The notes under the pieces are model-generated. The model worked only from the letters and a program-made list of their open reading frames with translations. It was not told the origin of the DNA and ran no database searches. A stretch of 64,000 nucleotides of DNA, from the NCBI RefSeq assembly GCF_022045235.1, contig NW_027266267.1:26350001-26414000 (forward strand), given 5' to 3'. Positions 13,501 to 28,500 of the stretch are shown one piece after another. The position numbers and the translations under genes are program-made. Positions within the stretch are counted from its first letter, which is position 1; the number at the start of each line of letters is the position of its first letter. The stretch is from Haliotis cracherodii. Taxonomy: Eukaryota.

Positions 13501-16500
13501 TATCGGACCATGATTACAACCAGGTATAATGTAGAACCTGCTTGTCAAGAGAGATAGGGGGCATGGGTGGCCTAGTCATCTCAGGCTCTTTAATCGGTAT
13601 GTTTGTGTCCAGGTATGCCAGAAAGCTTAATAATGATTACTCTCATTATGATTCTAGCTTTTTCAGCACCATACCTGTGTTTCACCAAAGTTGTAATGTT
13701 GAAATCCTGCTTCATTTTAGGCAATCATCTGACATTAAACTAATGCAACGTTAAACCAAACACATTCAAGATAGATATGTCTTGAATTGTTGGTGCAAAT
13801 GATTCCTGGCTTAATCTGCAGATTCCCAGCTATGATTTCCTGAATGACAAGCTACTGCAGTATGTTATGCAGTACAATGAAATAGTAAGAGGTGGCCATC
13901 TGGATCTAGTCTTCTTCAAAGATGCCATGGTGCATCTTGTCAAGGTAAGGAAACTCTCTGGTAACCTTTTACTCATGCTTATTTGATATATACCGTATTC
14001 GACTTAATAAGCGCCCATGGCGATATTTGCTAATATATTGGCCATTAAACAATCCCAATTAGCACCCCTTCCGATTGATCAATGTATACAAGACATTTAT
14101 TTATTTGTGCATAATACATGTGTTATATGCATCCTTAATCATGGGAACTTAAATTCTGGGAAAATATATCTTTTGAATATAAACATTTCAGGCCGTCAGC
14201 ACAAACCATGAAATTAATGATTTTTCAACTCTGTTGTTTTTCACCAAAATAATATTCTAAGAAGAGCCCCCTATTTCTAACTTTGAGAGTGCCCTGAGCG
14301 CTTATTATGTTGAATACGGTACATAGTGTCACTGTCCGCCACAAATAAGTTACAGTTCAGTGTGAAAGAAGAGTGGTTGTCTTCTCATTATTATGCGATA
14401 CCCAGTGGGGATTCCAGGTAAGAAATGATCCCCAGCAACATATTATGCATGTCATGAGAGGTGATTAAATGGATTGGGTGTTGATAGAGAGTCACTTTAC
14501 ATCATAGGCGGGAGACTTTGCTCATATCAATCTGGGAATAATTTGGTCTCGATTAATAACAGGCTTCCATCATATAGGCGTAATGTTGCTGTGACCTGTG
14601 TTAAATGGCGTGTCCATTTTGCATTGAATGTGATGTTAGAATACCAATGAACGATAGACTATGAAATCCCATTTGGGCGAAAACATGTATTTTGCCTTAT
14701 CCTGTCTCATACCAATAGCTTATCTCTTCTCACAAGGTAGTGGAAATATTTGTTTTTGCTCGTAATCTGAACCATCCTATCAAAATTACCCATTTTCATT
14801 AAATTATTTTGATTTTGATTCCATTTTCCATCCATCTGTCATATTCATCGATTATTTTTTGGATTCGGCTGTAATTTTTCAAAATTTTGTCTCTTTTGAT
14901 ATCCCCCAGTTTTCATGATGAAAATGTGTTTTAAATGTTGCCATTGTATATCAGATCGTGATCCTCTCCCCATCTGTTCTACATGATGAAACATGATAAA
15001 GAGGATTTACAGGGAGAGAAGGGACTCTTCATGACCTCCCACGTGTGCGGGAGGAACCTCCTCTTTCTCTCATTCCGCCCATTGTTCAATATCCAGAGAC
15101 ACTGCAGTCCAAACTATCAAAAGCCATCGACACACTTTTTACAAAGGGATCAGTAGAGGGTTTTATTCACCGATTTTCTTAGTTCCCCTTAAAAACTGAA
15201 ATGGAAAGTTTTGTTTGATGTACAACATAATTTTTCTTAAAAGAATTCAACAAAAAGCATCTTCAAAAGCCAGACAAGTTCAGAATGATCTACCTACCAC
15301 AACTAAAGCAGATGATCAAACAGGACGGTTATCTGTAAAGCATCAATCTTCAAGATGTTGGACATTCAAGTTGAATGTCTGCGGAAGACCTTATTTGCAC
15401 GAGTCGGAATACAATCAACATATATTTGTAGACGCCTCACTACAAGGATGGGGTGCCCAGAAGATAAGCTCTTCCACATCAACCATTGAGAGTTTGAGGC
15501 AGTAATCCGAGCAATATCTCATCGGGTGCCACAGTTGAGAGACAAGTATCTGATGAAAACAGACAACTCAACTGTGGCCTTCTACATAAACCTCCAAGGC
15601 ACAACACAGTCGGCAACCCTTCTGAAGGTTAACTTTTCTGCTTTACAAATTAACAGACAGTGTGAATCTAAGGATCAAAGCAAGATGCATCCCAGGTGCA
15701 TCGGTGGACCTATTCGCAATCAGGTTCAGCAAACAGATAGCAACCCTCGTTTCCCCAGTCCAACGATGCGGTGGCAATATCATGGGAGGTTTACATGTGC
15801 ATGCATTCCCACCACCAGTACTCATACCTCTGCTTTTACAGAAGACTATTCATGAATATGGAGAACCTGTGAGTGCTTTTGGTTGTGCCTTCTTGGGCTG
15901 GTCATGGTTCCCAGACCTTGTTGCAATAGCAGGAAAACCAACTGGCCAAATCTACTTTGTCATCCACACTCAAAACAGCTTCATCCAAGACCGGATCTCT
16001 ATAAGCTTCATGTATGGGGCATATTGCAAGTAGCTTCACAAGACGAGGATACTGGACCAGAGCAGCTAACGCAGTTTCTTTAGTACTTTGTAGGTCCACA
16101 AGGAATATATGTGTGGACAAATGGAAGTGGTTTGACCAGTTTGCAAGATCCAAAAAGGTTCACAGCAGCCAAAGCTACTTCACCACAAGTAGCAGATTCT
16201 TGTGTCATTTACGAAGCACAAGAGACCTCAAGTGCTCAACCCTAGAAACCTATTTGGCAGCTATCAACTACTTATGAAATTTTCCAAACTGAAAGCCCTG
16301 CAACAGAAGTTTTGAGCCCAGCTTGAGATTTATATGTAGTGCTGAAACCTCTCACCAGCGGCTTTTATCAACCACAAGAACAAGCTGATTTTGAACATCT
16401 GACCCAAAAGGGCTTATTTCACTGGGCGTCCAACCCACACAAAATCAGAGCGATAGCAACGCATCGACTCTTGCCCTATGCAGGAACTCTTCCATGCTGA

Positions 16501-19500
16501 CTATTTGGGCCACTGGGAACAAACGATATCCACCGCAATATAGACTAGAGCTACATGCACCCACAGTCTGGTTGACTCACAGATGTCAGGTTACTCTCCC
16601 AAAAAACCTGACCGAGAGTCCATGTTCCCCTGAATTACTATGATCCAGAGCATGAGAGATTGTGTCAAGATTATGTCCTTCTCTTAACACTTTAATCATC
16701 ATAATGCAAGCTTGAAATGTCCCCAAAATCTTAAATTTGCTCCTTTACCCCGAAAAAGGAGATGGTACCCCACAACTGACCACGTTCCCGAAGGGTTTAT
16801 TCAGAGCAGATCACATCAGAATCACACACATAGGTGAGACCCACCTGCGACTGTGAGATTCACGTAATTAGTATCGGAATAATGCAAAGTATGATATATA
16901 TGTCATATATACTTATCCTGACTTATACGCTGAAACACTCACTCAGCTGTTAAGACCATATGAATAAAGACAATAGGAAAATGGAAAGTGATGAGTCAAA
17001 CAGGTTACCGGTAGTCACGTGGTTCCGGTGCGCCTGTGCGTGAGAGGGTGCATTTGGGTGAGATGTTTTTCTGTTCTTGGTGAAAACAGCATAGGACGTT
17101 ACCACTACCTTTCGGGAATGAGAAGAGATAAGCAACTAGTATGAGTCAGAATAACTATAAATGATATTTTTTTTAAATTCATTTTTCCCAATTTGCTGAG
17201 CACAGGCACTCATTTTGAAATCCTAGATAAAGTCATGGATGTTTATTATTCAGATTTCTCGTATCATCCGTACCCCAAGAGGAGCAGCACTTCTTGTTGG
17301 TGTGGGAGGTTCAGGGAAACAGTCTCTTACCAGACTGGCCTCCTTCATTGCTGGCTACAAGATCTTCCAGATCACACTTACCAGGTGGGTGTTACCTCAA
17401 GCATTGCACTTTCATGCCAGTCCGTTACCTATCGTTACTTAATTGTGCTGAGAACATAGTAATTTTGCTAAAAATTTGAACTGAATAAAACTGACAGAAA
17501 ATGTAAACATGGTAAATATTTTTGGCTTGTTCAAACAGGACCAGCCTCAAACTTTGATGACAAGTGAAATAGTCCTCTGGACTAGTTTTTATAATATACT
17601 TTTCTGAGGCTGTTCCATTAATTTAAATGTATTGGGAATAAATATTGTATAATGCAAGCTTTTTGTGAGCATAATACATGTTTTGTATTCCTAATATATA
17701 TTTATGATGCAGAAAAACATGAGGATAACAATTATTAATCATAACAAAGTAACAAAGTAACTTCATATAAATATGAGCCCTATCAAAAAGTGATGTGAAG
17801 ATGAAAGATTATTATAATGCAATGTTACAGGAATGTGTTTTGGTAACGTTACACCTTAACTTAGTGGCAACATTGAGATAACTATACAAATTAATGTTGT
17901 AGCATCTTTGTATTCAAACGTGGCCACAACAAAACACAAATGTTACAATATTGTTGCAATGTTTTTATCAGCCTGGCATGGGGATATAGTGATCATCCAG
18001 TTGTCTGTCCATCTGTCTGTAAGTCTGTCCATCCATCCTTATGTTCTTTCTGGAGCATAGCTTGAAAACTGAAAGATTTTTCATCCAAACTTGCTATATT
18101 AACCTTAAAGTGCAGTGGTGCCTTTTGTTATTTATGAACTTTTCAAATTTCCTTTTCCCTTTTTCCATGGAAACAATTTAGACTTTGCTGAAATGGAGGT
18201 GTAGGTGTCGTTTTCGGAGCAGTACTATAAAACTATTCAACCCTATTTTTCATTCAAACATGGTACTTGTATTAATCAGCAGCTGAATTGGTCCCTTAAT
18301 TTTGCTATTTAGGTATATAATTTTTTTTATTTTAAATCCTGTTTCTATGGCAACAAGTTTTAACTTTGACTCTGTTCATATTGGTGTGTTTGTCCGAACC
18401 ATATCTCTAAAACTAATATGTACTCTTTCTTGAAACTGTGCACACACAAAGACCAGTTTGTCAACAGGTGGCTTTTGCTGTTTAGGAATTTTTAGAATCT
18501 ATATGTTTTTCCTTTTCCATGGCAACACGTTTGAATTTGAATCTGTTCAAATGGAGATGATCCTGACATAGAATAACCAAGTTCCGAATCCCCCCAAATT
18601 CCTGAATTGGAATTAAACATTTCCTAATTCATGCTGTTATATAGTTATTACTGATGTTATGGCTTCGTAAGGTTAATTGTATTTCCCCGATAACAGGACC
18701 AACATAGAGGGAGGGGGAGGTTTTAATGATTAGTTTGACATTATTGTGTTAAATGCGATGTCAAAATCTCTGAACAATTTTTCCCAATTTGCCTGGCAAG
18801 GGCAATGCTGATTATATCTATCCTGAGGAACTTGTGTATTTAATTTTTGGGCCTTTAAGGAACTTCCAACCTCATTTCACAAGGGACAGATAGTTCCGAG
18901 TTATGAGTTGTTTATTGTTTATATTAGTCTTGTATGTGAGAATTGAGACTGGGAGATACAATAGCTAAACTCTAAAAGGGTATGTTTGGCTAGTAACTAG
19001 TGTCATTTAGAAGATTATATCATTTTGTACTAATTTGTAGTCGCCATAACCATTTGAGATGTAAGTATATACCACATTAATTCTATTTGTACCCTATTTG
19101 TCTATTTGTCCCAGCCCTTCCTGTACCTTGTGCATACAAGTCTGTACATACCTGTCCAGCTTCATTCTAATCTGCACCATATACTCTTTCTACTAGATCT
19201 TTCAAATATATCATTCTCGACTCCCCTAGTCTCTTCCCATGTGGATTCACATCTGTGATGAAAACTTGATTCCTTTCACGCACGCACGCAAGCACGCACA
19301 CACACACAAAAAAAAAGGGATGGATTGTTGCTTGTCAGTCACTAGTCTGTCTTGTCCGGACTTGATTATTTTTTTACCATGTTATGGCTGGAATACAGCT
19401 GTATGCAGTGTAAAACAGAATTCACAAACACACTCTGTGTACTTCCTTGAAGAGGGACCACCTTTGAAGAACCAAGTTTCAGCTTGTCTTAAAGTTTGGA

Positions 19501-22500
19501 TGTGTCCTCAACCAACTATGCTTGTGCTACAGGGCGTCTTAGTGGATTGGGAGGACAGACTCAGTGACTTGGTTGATAGGGTTTCAAAATACTCTGATGG
19601 CATGTTACTCATAATATCAATCACTTAATTGTGTGATCCCAACACAAAATTCTAAGACCACCATCAAACAGACAAGCTTGTTTTCAGTCTAGTAGCCATT
19701 GTCTTGTGGAATGATGACTTGTAAAAAGCTGCTTCACTCTGAATCTTTCCCCTCAAGCACAGTATTGTAGTATATTTTTTGCACTCTAACAGCTGTCAAT
19801 TATTCTCTGTGCTTTGTTCGTGAAGATCGGGGGTTGAATAGGTCTTCAGCAACCCATGCTTGCCCTAAAAGGCGACCATGTGCTTGTCGTAACAGACGAC
19901 TGACGGGATCGGGTGGTCAGACTCGCTGACTTGGTTGATTCATTCCATCGATCCCAATTGCGTGGATCGATGCTCATAATATTAATCACTGGATTGTCTG
20001 GTCCAGACTCGATTATTTACAGACCGCCGTCATATAGCTGGAATATTGCTGAGTGCAGCATTATACAACAAACCAACCAACTAACTTTGTTCATCATTTC
20101 ATAATATTTATTTCATAGTTGATTTGTAAAAATACGATGGGGGTCATGATACAATACGATAAATATCCCCATACTAAAGGTGTAATACAATACGTATCGT
20201 GATACAGTACTTTTACTCCTTAAGTTGATATTTTTTCTTTTTGCAGGTGAATTACAAACCGGAATAATTTGTTATTAAATTTAAGAGATCGAAAATGAGA
20301 TATTGTAGGGCAGAAACATATGGGTTAAAGGGCACTGTGAATGTTATGCTTTTTGTGCCAACTGGAAAATACCGAATCTGCATAAGCTTGTTGTTTAACT
20401 GGTCCTGTTATTATTATCATGTTTTTACTCCAAAATAAGTTATTTGTTATGTATTGTATGTATCACAAGACAGGTGTTATAAATGTTTTGTATCTTGGGC
20501 CTTGTATCGGGATACAATACTGTATTGTTGTATTATTACACCACTGTTTTGTAGAACATGAAAATACAGAATTACCTCTTGAATGTTTTTCTAAAAGTAA
20601 TTTAGAAGAATAGCTTAAAAAACGAAGGCTTTGCTCTTGGATAAACAGTTAAACATTTGGTGTAACAGAACTCAGATCTCTACCAGGTCCATCATGTGAC
20701 TTTATTCAGCGTTAGAAATTGGCACACGTCCTATAGTCCTTGCAAGAGGTATTGTCAAAAAATAAACTCTTAAAAAACCCAGCCATAGCAACTCCAGTTT
20801 GTGGCAAAAAATACATTTACCCGAAGAAACTTACAATAACTTGTCAGATTCAAGTTTTGATGACTGCCTCTGTCAGTCAAAATGCTGGTTTTCTTCAACC
20901 TTGTTCAGTTTGACGAGGAATCTACAAGGTTAATGGTTTGGGAGAAAATCCACCATGGTTGTTTGGAATATTTTAAGACAAGGATGCATGATCATCAGAT
21001 AATGGTTGATCAAAAATGGGTGGATAAACAAGATGGAACCAAATTATTAGGGTACTTCAGTTAAACAATGATCAGGGTTAGAAACTGGCACTAGTCCTAT
21101 AGTCCTCGCCAAACTGCCCAATAGTTAGGTATCATAAGGACTAGTACAAATTTGCCCATTTTAAGGGTTTCGCTATATGTTATCATTATAAGAACTAGTG
21201 GACTAAAAATGTTAGTTTCTACCGCTGTTTATTAGTATTACGTTGCCACTGAATTAATGAATTCTTTCATTTTTTCCTCAAGATTTACTTGTTCAGAAAC
21301 ATAAAGGTCACATCACAAAGTGTACTGGTATTCTTCTTGTTATAGCACAATATTAATATGTTAAGATAATGTGAGACTTTATGTTCTATTGTGAGAATGT
21401 ACCCTCTAATGACACAGTTACATAATTATAGGTCGTACAATGTGACGAATCTGATGGATGACCTCAAGTATATGTACCGAGTGGCAGGAGGTAAAGGTCA
21501 AGGCATTACGTTCATCTTTACTGATAATGAGATCAAGGATGAATCTTTCCTGGAATACCTCAACAATGTTCTCAGCTCTGGCGAGGTATGTAGACATGAT
21601 CAATCAAACACATCCACAGTTTTTTGTATTCCCAGTTCTTTTTATTTCAACTCATGGTTAGGGGAAGGTGTCTGAGTCCTCTAAGGCACCACTATTTTCT
21701 GTGTGTAAGGTGTGACAGAAACCTATGGTCAATTCAATCTGATTATGTTTCTAAGTTTGTCAGCACCATACCAGTTGTTTTGCCAAAGTGGTAAAAGTCT
21801 AAGACCTACATCACTGAGTACTTTCCTTTAAACATAAAGCTGACATGCCAAATAATCAAGCGTAGTTGAAACTCACTCACTCACTCACTATTTAGTGATG
21901 TGTAATTCTAACCAGACTCAAAAGAAACTATGGTGGAGAATGGGTTCAGTGTAAGGCTGCATTACAAAAAAAAAATCTCGGGCAGTTTTTTCAAACGTGA
22001 GGAGGGAGGAAAAACTTCATTTTTTATTTTATGAAAAAAAATAATGAGGGAGAACACTATATTCTTTTCCCACCAAAAATACCAAAAACCACGACTATGC
22101 AAACATTGAACTCGGCTCTTATAAAATGTAATTTGTCACACATGTATAGCCACTGAAATCTTTAATCATTAAAGTTATATGACCTAACCATTGATAGGTT
22201 TCCAACCTGTTTGCTCGCGATGAACTGGATGAGATCACCCAAGAACTGATATCTGTGATGAAGAAAGAGCAGCCCCGGCGACCTCCCACCCAGGAGAACC
22301 TGTATGATTACTTCATCTCCAGATCAAGGAACAATCTACATACAGTTCTCTGCTTCTCACCAGTAAGTCTTTTTCTCCATGTGGATTCCAGTTTTGTGTT
22401 GGTCACTAGCAACCAATGCTTATACAAAAGACATAATGGATCGGATGGTTAGGCCTGGTGACTTGGTTGATTGTGTATCATCATACCCTGACAGTGTGGA

Positions 22501-25500
22501 TCGTTGCTCACAATATTTACCCCTGGTTTGTCTGACCTGGACTCATTATTTTTTTTATCAGGCTGCTGTGGCACAGCGAGAATACTGCTGGCTTTTAGTT
22601 TCAAGGAGAAGCCTTAATTTTAGTGTCTGTCTTAAAAAGTCTTGAAAATCATTGTAATATCTTGAAAAGTTTGAATTTGTACCTAATGATAGTTACTTAA
22701 TTCCTTCGAATACTTTACCTCTATTACATCATAGCCATAAATCCTGCATTTTGGCTGCAGACACACTATAACTAAATCTTCAGATTTTCAACAGAAGTCC
22801 TCTTCACTATCAACTACACACAACTAGTTGTTCCCCTAATAGCACATGTAGCTCTTCAGCCCTTCTGTGCAAAAAGGCGTGAAAAACGTCACTTCTTTCC
22901 TGTTTGTGCCAGAGTCAACATCTGGTGGTTTTTTTTGTGTCTAGCACCTGGTATAAGGTAGTCACACTGTTTATTAATTTCTTCAGAAATGTTATTACGA
23001 TCTGGCTGGATACGGAAGTGTACTGGGGTTGTTTTTTTTTTGTATCTCTGACTATGGCGTCCTCCACTTCCTCACTGACATGTCAGAAGTGTGGCCAGTT
23101 CATGCTTACTTGAGATCCACATAATTTCTGCTGGAAGTGTAGAGAGGCTTCATGTCGAGATAGGACATGTGCTCTCCCCTATCCAAGTCCTTTGACACCC
23201 CAACCAGTTCCAGCCTTGGGATTTGAGATCACGACTTCCAGACAATCACCATGATAGTGGCAAGAACGCCTTACACCGAAACCGACCATCCGAGCCGCTG
23301 AAAAAAACGTAGGTTCCCTCACAGACAGCACGGAAACCACCGGCCAATCCGAAACGTCTGCTACTGTTACCACAAGAAGCCGGTCACCACGTGACTCCCA
23401 CACAGGCTCCCCGGGAGTGGCTAGACAAACCAAAGGTTCCAGCACGGACCACAGAAGGCACGAGGAGTGAGCTTAGTCTTCACACCACCAAGCCAGCCGT
23501 CCAGATTCTGTTACGCCCGACCCTCAGCCAGCGTATCGGCAGATTATACCTGATTCATGGACCCCATCGGACGAGGACGATCTTGTATATGAGCCCATGG
23601 AATCATCGGCACCGGAGCCGGACAACGGAGAGGCACACAATCAATCGGCCACATCACCTCCGCAGGAGTATGGACCACTGCTCCTTTGTGAATATGATAC
23701 ACGCTATATATCACTACATGCCGACCACACAGCCATGGACTGAACAGTCGCCTCCTCCAGAAATGCCCGAGTATGCTGGAAGCCATGCTCCGTTTTCGTC
23801 ATCCCATATCCACGTACTTTACCGTGGCCAAGTTATATCTCCAGGATTCTAGACCAAATGATTGAAACCATGCAGAAGCTCTGTCCCAACTATGAGGAAG
23901 GAAGAAGTTATATCAGAAACTCTGATGTCCATCTGAACAGACCAAGTGGGACTCATCTACAGTCTGCTAGATGCGATTGTCAGCATGCAGGAGGATATGT
24001 TATTTACGCAGGTCTGGACTGCCTCCCAGCTCCTATGGCTTCAACGTCAACAACTCCTGTCTCAAGTCAGATCAAGGGCTGTCTCCAAGCATGCCAAACA
24101 GACGGTTGTTTCAGCCAGTCACATCATCGATGCTCTTTAACAAGAAGCTGGGCACGATCCTGGCAAGGTCAGACAGGACACAACAGAGAGATTACGGCAT
24201 TACGACAAGCCATCTTCAGGTTCTTTTCAGAACTCCAAACGCCGTGGATCTGGCCATAGAGGTTTCAAGTCCGGAGCTCGCCATCAAGACCCTTCTCACC
24301 CTTCTCATCAAACGGGTCATTTAGAGATTGTTGGATACCAACGAAACTCAGGAGTTCTACTCCCCAGTGTTTTTAGTACCGAAAAAGAACTCCACAGAGA
24401 TGAGAATGATCATAGACCTCAAAACTCTCAACAAGAAGTACTTAGTCCCGCCTCCAAGATTTCAGATGGAATCAGTCAGGAAGCTTTGTTCATCACTCAG
24501 AACAGAAGATTGGGTCATCAGCCTCGACCCTTAGGATGCATATCTCCATGTGCCAATCCACCGCATGTCACAAAAGTATTACAATTAACGACCATCGGTA
24601 CGAGTTCCAGGTTCTACCATTCGATATATCAGAAGCCCCTTGATTATCCAGCAGAATAACGGCACCATTCATCAACTTTGCCATCATACAGTGGAAGAAA
24701 CTGTTTCAGTCCTCTAGTCCTTATAATGATAACATACAGCAAACCCCTTAAAAATGGCAATTTTCTACTAGTCCTTATAATACCTTAACTATTGGGCAGT
24801 TTGGCAAGGACTATAGGACTAGTGCCAGTTTTTAACGCTGACATACAGATGGTACGACTTCTGGACGCCAATCAGGAACACACCCAGCTGCATCAGGATG
24901 TGACATTCCTCACCCAACTCATGTCTTATCTCAGGTTCTTCATCCATTTGACCAAGTCAGAGATTTATCCGGTACAAGACATAGTCTACATCGGGACCAG
25001 ATTTCTTCTACGTACCATGATCAACTTACCCCGAGACCAATCTACCAGATCAATCTGATGGTGGATGTCTCTCATGGGAACGCTGTCCTCTCTACAGGTT
25101 ATGACTCACAGAGGCCGTTTACAATTACGCCCTCTACAAAATTGGATCAACTACATACGATCTCAGAACCTGGATACACGGACACTGATACCTCTCCACC
25201 TGCGCCAAGATCTAATCTGGTGGAATCAAAAGATCATGTAATGATGGGGATTGCTCTCACCCTGCCAGCTCCCGAACACCACCTGTTCTTTTAACACCTA
25301 TGACAGGATAATAACTTCCGACATGGAACTATTGAAGGATATAGATGGATTGATGATTGATGATTGGAACACATCCGGTACCGAACAGACTCATGCAAGC
25401 ATTCAGCCGAGAGGATATTCGCATTCCCCGAATCTTCCCCAAAAGGTATTTATCAGTCGTCCTGTCTGCTCTACTACTACTAGCCGCTCCATATGAACCT

Positions 25501-28500
25501 CTTGGAAACGCTACTCTTCTCCAAAAATCCCGAAAAGCAGCATTTTTACTAGCCATGGCTACTGCAGCTAGAGTTTCTGAACTCTGGGCTCTCGACTACT
25601 CCAGTCTCACTCACACTCCCAACTGGACCTTCATCACCTTGCGGTCCTTACCGGACTTTATAGTCAAGAATCAGTCCATGGCCATTGGTCCTTTGGGTCA
25701 CAGACATTATACTCTTCCCACCTTGGCACCTACAGTTCGCCCCGATTATGTTTCTAGGTTTGTCAGCACCATACCCGTGCTCATGGAATTCAGCAGCTAC
25801 AGAAGGTGAGTACACCTATTACCTTGATTTACTAGTATGGTACGTAAGGAATTCAAGGGCTACCTGTGTTAGAACAGCTGATAAACAGATCTACCGGAAG
25901 TGACGTCACAGTCGGAAATAATACAGACCGGAAGTGACGTTTTATCTGGAAGTGACGTCGTAAATGACATCAGAGGTTCTAGAAATGACATCAAAACCAG
26001 TCAAAAAGAAGAATTGATGTCATTAGAATCAGAAGTGACGTCATAACTGGAAGTTGATAAACCGGAAGTGACGTCACTCTCAGAATCTGAGATAAACAAT
26101 GAGTTAGATAGACATCATTTCATGATTCTCAGCAAATAATAAGGTACTTCAAGTGAACGTATCTCATATTGACTGATATAATCATAATACCCGATTTCAA
26201 GTCCTCTAAAAGAGATTCTAGTGTAATTACCTCTTGAAAGGGTTTGATTCCGGTAATGTACAAGAACTCATACGACAGTAGTGGATTGCTGTCAAATACA
26301 CAGGGAGTTAGTAGAGGCAGATCCCGCCTTATCCCTCTGTTATATTCTGGCTATGATGTAATAGAGGTAAAGGATTCGCAGGAATTATCAAACAATAGTT
26401 ATCATTGTTAATAATTCTAAGAATACTACTTATTTTACATCAGGAAGTATTCCCACCCACCTCCCCAATGCATCTGCCTCCAGTGGTGTGATGTTTTGGA
26501 AAGAAGTGACGCTTTTCCCACCTTTTTGCACTGAAGAGCTACATATGCTATTAGGGCAGCGTTGTGTGTTGTTGACAGTCAAGAGGACTTCCAGGGTTAG
26601 AAACTAACAGGTTTTTTCCACTAGCCCTCATAATGATAACATATAGAAAAACCCTTAAAATGGGCCAATTTCTACTAGTCCTTAGGATAATACCCTTACT
26701 ATTGGGCAGTTTGGTAAGGACTATAGGACTAGTGCCAATTTCTAACGCCGACATCTGTTGAAAATCTGAACATTTAGTCATTGTGTGTCTGCAGCCAAAA
26801 TACAAGATTCATGGCTATGATGTAATAGAGGTACCGGTAGTATTCTTAGAATTATTAACAATGATAACTTATTGTTTGATGTTTATAATAGTATTTTGAC
26901 AAACACTTTTTTCCTGTTGTCAGTAATAGTATAGTTACAAATAGTTTTCATCAATATGTTGAAATGTTAAAAGTACTTGTCACTTGAGCATTGCACTCTC
27001 AGATTAAGAGATATAATTACTTCTCGTCAGTATATACTTGGTGGATCTTGTATTAAATAGTTTATTACGAATGTTGGTCGTGTGCTCTTGGCCTATCAGC
27101 CATGCAAATTATGGTAGTGTATGACATCTATTAAGGTGTTTGTATTAATTGAGAAATTATTTGTTTACTTAGGCTATTATATTTGTTATGAAAGGTGTTG
27201 AAAATGTTATTTTTATTCCCTGAAAAGCCTTGAAAAGGCTGTACACATTAATGCTCAATATCTGTATGAACGCTGTATAGGTAGGTGAGAAGTTCCGCAA
27301 CAGAGCCCTAAAGTTCCCTGGTCTGATATCTGGGTGTACAATGGACTGGTTCAGCAAGTGGCCCCGGGATGCCCTGGTGGCTGTGTCTGGCCACTTCCTC
27401 AACAACTTCCCCATGGAGACGTCTGAGGAGATTAAGCAACAGGTGGTCAACACAATGGGAGTTGTACACGACAACGTAGCTGCGGTCTGTGTGGAGTATT
27501 TCCAGAGGTGACAGTAGATTGTCTAGTAGTTAATGTGTTTGCTCGTCATACTGAATGTCCCTGTTTAATTCCATATTTGGTAAATGTGTGAAGCAATATT
27601 CTGGTATTCCCAGTCGGAATATTGCTGAAACATATGATACCTGCATTACTATTGGCTTTCCTCCAACATGAAACTGACATGTCATGATGTGACTGAAATA
27701 CTAATCTATGCAATTTGGATATGATGACAGGCATGAACCAAGTTGGAACCCCTTGACTTGACTACGTAGATCAATGCTTATGATGTCAGTCGCTGGATTG
27801 TCTGGTGAAGACTCGATTATTTACAGACCACTGTCATGTAGCTGGAATATTGTTGAGTGAGGCGTTAACAACAAACAAACAAACTGTTCAAAGTGGTCAT
27901 TGACTCAGTCACTAATTAAAGATAGTATCCCAGTTGTTTGATTACAGGTATTCAAATGTTGTGTTTTTGTCGTCTTTATTAGTGTCTATGTTACGTATGT
28001 AATTGATAATGATTTTAAAAACACAGTGCCAGTAGGAAAAATGTAAGTTTCATCTGAAGCTATGAACCAATCTTCCATTGTATATGTCATGAAACTCATA
28101 CGATATAGTTCAGTAGTTTCTTGATATTATATTAAGTGCAATATATGGATAATTATGTAAGTAATATACGAGTGAATCGTAACGGCCCTAGTAAATACCC
28201 AATGAAGCTTTTTCAGCATGCGCACAAAGGAGCTAATTTCTGAAACACAATTACGAGCTAATTTACTTTCCAAGCCAAGGCTATATATTTAGAACAGTTA
28301 TGTACATCTAAAACATTATTTCATTTTTTTAAATCTGAAAATGTTCACTAATTTGGGGAAAAAACCAATAGATTGATGAATAGATGAGTGGACAAATATT
28401 GGTTACCCAATGAAAAATGTAATAACCCAATTAAAATAGAAACCCTTAAGTAAAAACTCAATTGCTCAAAAAGTTATCTGGAGCTCTGTATAATTTATGA

